From Epiperipatus broadwayi (Eukaryota > Animalia > Onychophora), in the NCBI GenBank assembly GCA_028023455.1, contig JAQFVV010000003.1:8742001-8806000 (forward strand): 64,000 bases of DNA, in the 5' to 3' direction. Below, in pieces: positions 57,631-64,000 of the stretch. The notes beneath the pieces were generated by a model. The model was not told the origin of the DNA. It did not search any database and saw only the letters and a program-made list of their open reading frames with translations. The translations under genes and the position numbers were made by a program. The first letter of the stretch is position 1. Each line of letters begins with the position of its first letter.

Positions 57631-60600
57631 ACTTCCATCAAAATTACACACACACGCATATATATATATATAGCTTGCTTCCATCTAAATTATATATATA
57701 TATTAACTATAAAAAGTCAGTAGCAACTCCAAATTAGTTATATTACAAAGCTGCATAAAATAAAAACTGTTTAATAAAAAACTCATCACCGCAATTAAGT
57801 AATAAATATATAAATTATCTAAAAAATTAAAGGAAAAGTTAGTTCATGTATTTAATCACATTATTAAATATTTTATAAAGATATATTGCAATGAGTGAGT
57901 AACAATACAATATTTTGCAATGTAAATGAAGAAAGGAAAATTGTTCAATATGAGAAAGAATTTCAATTATGTAGTTTCTAAAAATCTGAAGCATTTTGAA
58001 CACTGTTTGGTTTGTCTTTTCTTTTGAATTTGTTTTAAATAAAACCTCCCACATTTTTATAGTAAATTTCATGGTAAAACTAAAAATGACCATAAAATTT
58101 TGGAGTTAATAATATTTTAAAAGATATAATTTAAAATGTAAATGTCAGTGACAATTTTTTTCTTTCTTCCTATTGGCTAAAATAAATAAAGAAATATATA
58201 TATATTTCTTTCATTTGTTTATATACCAAATCATATTATAATATCTTTAAATTTGTTTCTATAACATGTTGAGAAGGGAATAAAAAAACTGTGTTCCAAA
58301 AAACATATTGTAAGAAAGAGAGAGCAAATTCTTAATAATCAGCTGGTGACAAATCCCTTATTTGAAAAACATGTTGAACAACTTTAAGTAGGATATAAAT
58401 AGTCCAGTCTAGTTCAGACAGTCCAGTTTATTCTAATTCATTTGAAGACTCAACTTAAGAAGCAATGTTGCAGTGATCCAATGCAGAGAAGAGAGACTTT
58501 TGATTAAAATTGTTTTTCACTGTAATTTGGATAGCTGTATTTTGCTGACTGTTTTTAAAGTATTTTTTGATACTTTAGTTATAACAGCCAATATGATGAT
58601 TTTATGTAGGAAAAAACTATCTGCTATGTATGGCTAGGCAACAAAATACTACTTCAGCCAAAATACATGCAAAAGGCAGTTATATCCAAAAACTAATGTT
58701 GAAGTTTGCCAAAACCAGACAATGTCTGCCTTAATAACGCTATGAAGAAAGAAATGGCCAGTGCTGTAAGAACTACTTAAGAACTAATGATACTATACCC
58801 TATGTAACATAATCAATACTGCTGTCTACATTCCCAATACCCAAGAAGAAGAACTACCATCTTTGGAGGAATTAATGAAGACAATCATAAATATATTAAA
58901 AGAATGATATCTGAAAAAAGCCATGGTTTGAAACTATTTAAATATTTCACATGGTAAGATCATATCGTTATTAGATATTATAAAATCTTAAACTTAAACT
59001 GAAATTTAAAAGTATCTTTTATTACTATTACATTTTATATTTAATGTATGTATTTACAGTTGCAAGTATATACACAACAGTTTTTATTTATGCATTGTTA
59101 ATAAATTGTTAAAATATTTTTATTAATCCATTTAGTTTGTGTTTGTTTATCAAGCTTATTACAAACTTAATGCCTTTTAACATTTAATGTGCTAATAATA
59201 CCCACAACACTGACAAATTATGCACTGGGAGACATGCATGGATGGCAATAGTAATTTGCATATGATGATAATTGGGAGTTAATATGTTTTTCAAAAGTAA
59301 ACTTTCTAGTTAGAAAGATTGGCATCTGAAAGTTTCATTTTTTATTTTATTGAAATTGAAAAACAAATAAAATATTTTTGAGAGGACTTGTACTTAGGTT
59401 ATAAATAATCATCATTATCATCATCACTTGGTTAATATTATATATATTTTAACTGAATCTTTTTTTAAAATTTTTTAGTAATCATTCAACTTTCATCTAA
59501 CATAATATTTATTTGAATCAAAACTTACTATTTGTCTATTTTTTGGATCTGGTTCAAAACCTATTACCCTTTAAATATTTAACATTATAGTATATATATA
59601 TAAAATAAAATAAATAATCATAACTTAACTACATGCAAATGTAATAGAAATACTTCCTAGTAAATTATGGGCATTTATTTAGATTACTTATTTTGTACAT
59701 AAATTAAAATATAAACATAATTAACTCTGTTGTTTACAACTACATCAATGAACTAAGTTTTTAAAATATCAACAGAGCTAAAAAATAAAGTAGTATCATT
59801 CTATCTTTTCATAGTATATTGACATGAGAAGTATAGTTATTTTTGTTTCAATTACGTATATATATACACATAAAAAATATTTAAAACTTAGTGAAATGTA
59901 AAATTATATTTCAACAAAATGGGTTGCTCAAATTAATATTACAATCTAAAATTTCTAACTGAAGCTTATAAAGTTAAGAAAATTAAAATCAGTGGAAAAC
60001 TATTACTAATGATAGTCAAAACTTCAAGGTGTATATTAGCTGTTGAAGTGTATCTTAGAGAACTTCCATAAGCACACCACTGATTAATCAGCTTTACTAA
60101 AACCAATATTTACATATAACCTGTAAAATAATTATATGTATGTATATATAAACTTCCTACGATGTGCTTCCATTTATATATAATCATATAAATAAATCCA
60201 CAGCTTTCTTTTCTTTATAATGGAAAACTGTTTTCTCATAACAATGATTAATATTTGGCCAAATTTCATTGGCTATATCTTCAGAATTAACAAAAAAAAA
60301 AAAATTACAAAGAAAATTTGAAAATGAAGATGATAAATAATAATTGTGTTATTATTTATGATCTTCATTTTCAAACAGTTATTATTTGTCATCTTCTTTT
60401 TCAGTTCTTCAAAATCTATAATTTCTTTTTGTAGTTAATTCTGATGGTGGCAAGAAGTTTGATTGAAATAAAAAAGAATTTTATACAGCAGCTTCCCTTT
60501 AAAATTATAGTTTATAATTATATATATCTATATAGTAGACTCTTTAGTCAAAATGATTACTAATTATAAAGGCTGCAAAAAAGGACGGGTTGAATCTAGT

Positions 60601-61987
60601 AATGATTACAAACGTGTTTTTCAATTTTTATCAGACTATGTCTAAGAGTAATTTTAAGATTTGAGATTAAATAACTAGTTAGATTCAATTATTTCATCAA
60701 TGGCTTTTTAAAATATTGTTTTAGGACAAGATGTTAACCGTCTGGCTTTTAATTTTTTTTTTTTTTTTTTAAGAATTGAAAACGAAAGCGTTTTTCTTCT
60801 TGATCTTAGAGTTTTCCTTAACTTATTGATAAAATTGTTTTACATGTGGAAAAGACATTCTCAACAGCATCCTTTTTTATGGCACTTGATCTGTCTAAAA
60901 AAAAGTTAATCTTATTGTATTATATATGCACACACGCACAATCAATCTGATATATAGATACAGATGCTAATTATTTACATGATGTTATTGATAACGCTCG
61001 AATGAATCATGATAGTAAGCGATGTCTACATATTACTATTACAACTGTTATCTAACACTATTATAGGTCGATTTGTTTGACTTATGCAATATAGAACTTA
61101 TGATGCGTCGCATATATATTACTTAAACATCTAAATCTGCTTTTAGGCGAAATGTATATATATATACATACAGCTTATTATCAGTCTATCAAAACAGATA
61201 TCTCGAATCACCAAGTATATAGTATTCATATTTATATATCCTTCAGATTAGTTTCAACTACTCACTTAAAATCAATTTTATTCACTTTTTCATTTAGAGT
61301 TTCTTCTGTCGTATTCTCAATTCTTAAAGAATACATATAATTGTATTTTTTTCCTTTTAATTTCTTCAATATTACGTTTTTATTTTTAATTTTTACTAGC
61401 CCAATATCTTTATTTTTTAAGTATTTATCTTGTTACATATCTAGTATGTATGGCATACTTACTCATCCACAGGTTAATTACTTTCTCTATCCACTACACT
61501 TTTTTTTAACTATTTGCCTTTGTGTTGCTTTTCTGTTTATTTTTGCACTTACATATTCATTTACTTAATTTTGTTCCCGATCTATATATTTATTTGCCTC
61601 TTTACTTGTTTATGTTTTTACTTAATTACTTATCTACCTCTCTTTCTGCCTCCATAGTTTTCTTTTTTATCTCTCTACTTATAAGTGTATATTCTCTATC
61701 TGAATACCTCTCTGTAAAAATAAAATAGTTTAAATAGAACTCTGCAAAGAAAAAATCCTAATAGTTTGTTCTCTTCACACACACACACACACACACACAA
61801 AATAAAAGTGAGAAAAAAAAAAGACATATCAGATGATACTACATGGTGAGAATTTAAACAATTTTTTAATATCGTTTTATTATCTCTCTAAAAAATATTA
61901 GATACCCATTATTCATCCAATATTGTTTGATTAACTGAGTTGGTCATAGGATAAATATAATTACTGAAATAAAAATCCTATAACTAA

Positions 61988-62710
61988 TTTTTTTTTATTA
62001 AAATAAATTAAAATTTATTAGATACAATTGAACGTGTTTATTTATACATAGCTATTTTCTTTTTACACTGTTGCAAGGCAGTCACTGTGTAGAGGTTGTT
62101 GTGGTCTGAGACTGCCGCTGGCCCTCTTTTACTCTTCCAGGAAGGTGACTCTGGCCCAAGTTTTTCAAAAAAGCCAGTCCGGGAGCCAGTAAATGATCTC
62201 TATCCCTGAACCATTTGAGTAATTTGATAAAGATGTTGCAGCCATAGCAATTGGGACTTTTAAATATACACTTACATCTGGATAACCAGACTGAAAATGT
62301 TAGAAAAATGGTGATTCTGATGTTCGAGAATAAGACTGCTCTAATATTGAGCAACACCCTTTCATTAATAAAAGATCTGATTGGCCTGAGAAAAGGGCAG
62401 AAATACAGGAGGTGATGAATTGTCTTGTCTGCTGTGGCCCATAGTTGGCATTGAGGGTTGATCTTACAAAACCTTCTTTTCCACACCAGAAAATGATTTG
62501 TTGGCAGAAAGGAGATGTTGATCTTTAGTAGAAAGTCAGTGTATTTTGGTTCTAAGAACCAATTTTTTGATTTTGCTATGATTTGTTTATTGTTTAACCC
62601 TAGATCGTTCTGTGAAATGGGTTGATTGTTGTATTTGAGTTTGTATGTTTGCCAATATATTTTTTCCCTCTATTGTATGTTGCATTAGGTTTGTTAAGTG
62701 GAACTTGAAA
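61988..62710 (-). mobile_element. 5'-truncated, poly(A)-tailed fragment of the L1/Tx1-like lineage
   Basis: Minus-strand KYWQTYKL, WFLEPKYTDFLLKINISFLPTNHFL, CQLWATADKTIHHLLYFC, FSVWLSRC and RDRDHLLAP are collinear with the ORF2 C-terminus (KYWEVYQL, WSLEPKYFDFLLKINLDSLPTQHFL). It ends in AATAAA and an A-run near 61988. Confidence 0.82.
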
Positions 62711-63047
62711 ATAATTTACCTATTCAAAACTGAAATGCAGATCAAAAACATAATAGATAGTTATGTTTAATATATATATAGTAACTCATAAGTGCCAACA
62801 ACTAACTGGTTGATACATTTAAATCTTATCATTTTTAATTGAGTTTTCCATTGACAATGAACTATTGATATTCTATGGGTTTATTTAAGTATTGACTTTG
62901 ATGATATGAAATGTATTTTATCCATTAACTATTTACTCAGAATAAAAAAGTCCAATAATTTTCAAGAAATGTTTTTTTTCATACTTTTTATATTAATCCA
63001 GCAATCTTTCCCACTTTCTTTTAAACTGCATCTTAACTAAAAAATGA

Positions 63048-63510
<463 letters not shown>

Positions 63511-64000
63511 GAATCAATAACTACCTTATTTTATTGATCATTTTCCTTTTTACAATATATTCATTTTTCTTCATAACTTTTTTTTTATCAAATTTGGTCT
63601 TTAATCCATTAATGTATTTTTCCATCTGTCTTAGTCCATTAGTAGTGATCTTTTGTAAAAAGTCTTCTATATCTAAGTGATGCTTCACTTTTGAAATATT
63701 ATATTTCAAATTTTTAGTTAAAATATCTAAGATAAGATGACAAAAGTCTTTATCTTAAACAACAGCAACAACATACTTTTTCTAACTGTAACACTAAGAC
63801 TGCATATTCTTCAATTTACTTTTATTCTAATCATTTTACCCCATATATTATAATCAATAGGTAACTATTAGGAGGCAAGACTAGCATTTTAAATCTGACC
63901 ATCTTCACAAGATCTTTCTTATTTTTGACTTTCTTTCTTAAGATCACTTTTTTCTTTTTACATCTGCAGTGTCTTTCAATATTTTTTTTTATAATTCCTT

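Overview
AT-rich eukaryotic DNA, probably from an invertebrate animal, made almost entirely of nested mobile elements. I could not support any host protein-coding gene. The main content is: (1) an apparently intact two-ORF L1/Tx1-like non-LTR retrotransposon (about 8957-14304) in tandem with a 5'-truncated copy of a diverged sister family (about 6871-8673), with every junction of both falling in (AAT)n arrays; (2) two short relatives of this lineage (56527-56972 and about 61990-62710) that end in ordinary poly(A); (3) a decayed Ty3/Gypsy element (23026-35658) with ~2.5-kb LTRs, a primer-binding site and a DNA transposon in its 3' LTR; (4) Penelope-like GIY-YIG remnants and several fold-back repeats, some with hammerhead-like cores; (5) two tRNA-Gly-derived, poly(A)-tailed SINE-like copies; (6) RTE-clade remnants, TIR elements and very long pure (AAT)n arrays. 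The best candidate for an undescribed system is an (AAT)n-associated L1/Tx1 lineage with a YMDD reverse transcriptase and an AT-hook-like motif in ORF1p. All family assignments come from motifs read by eye; no database search was run.
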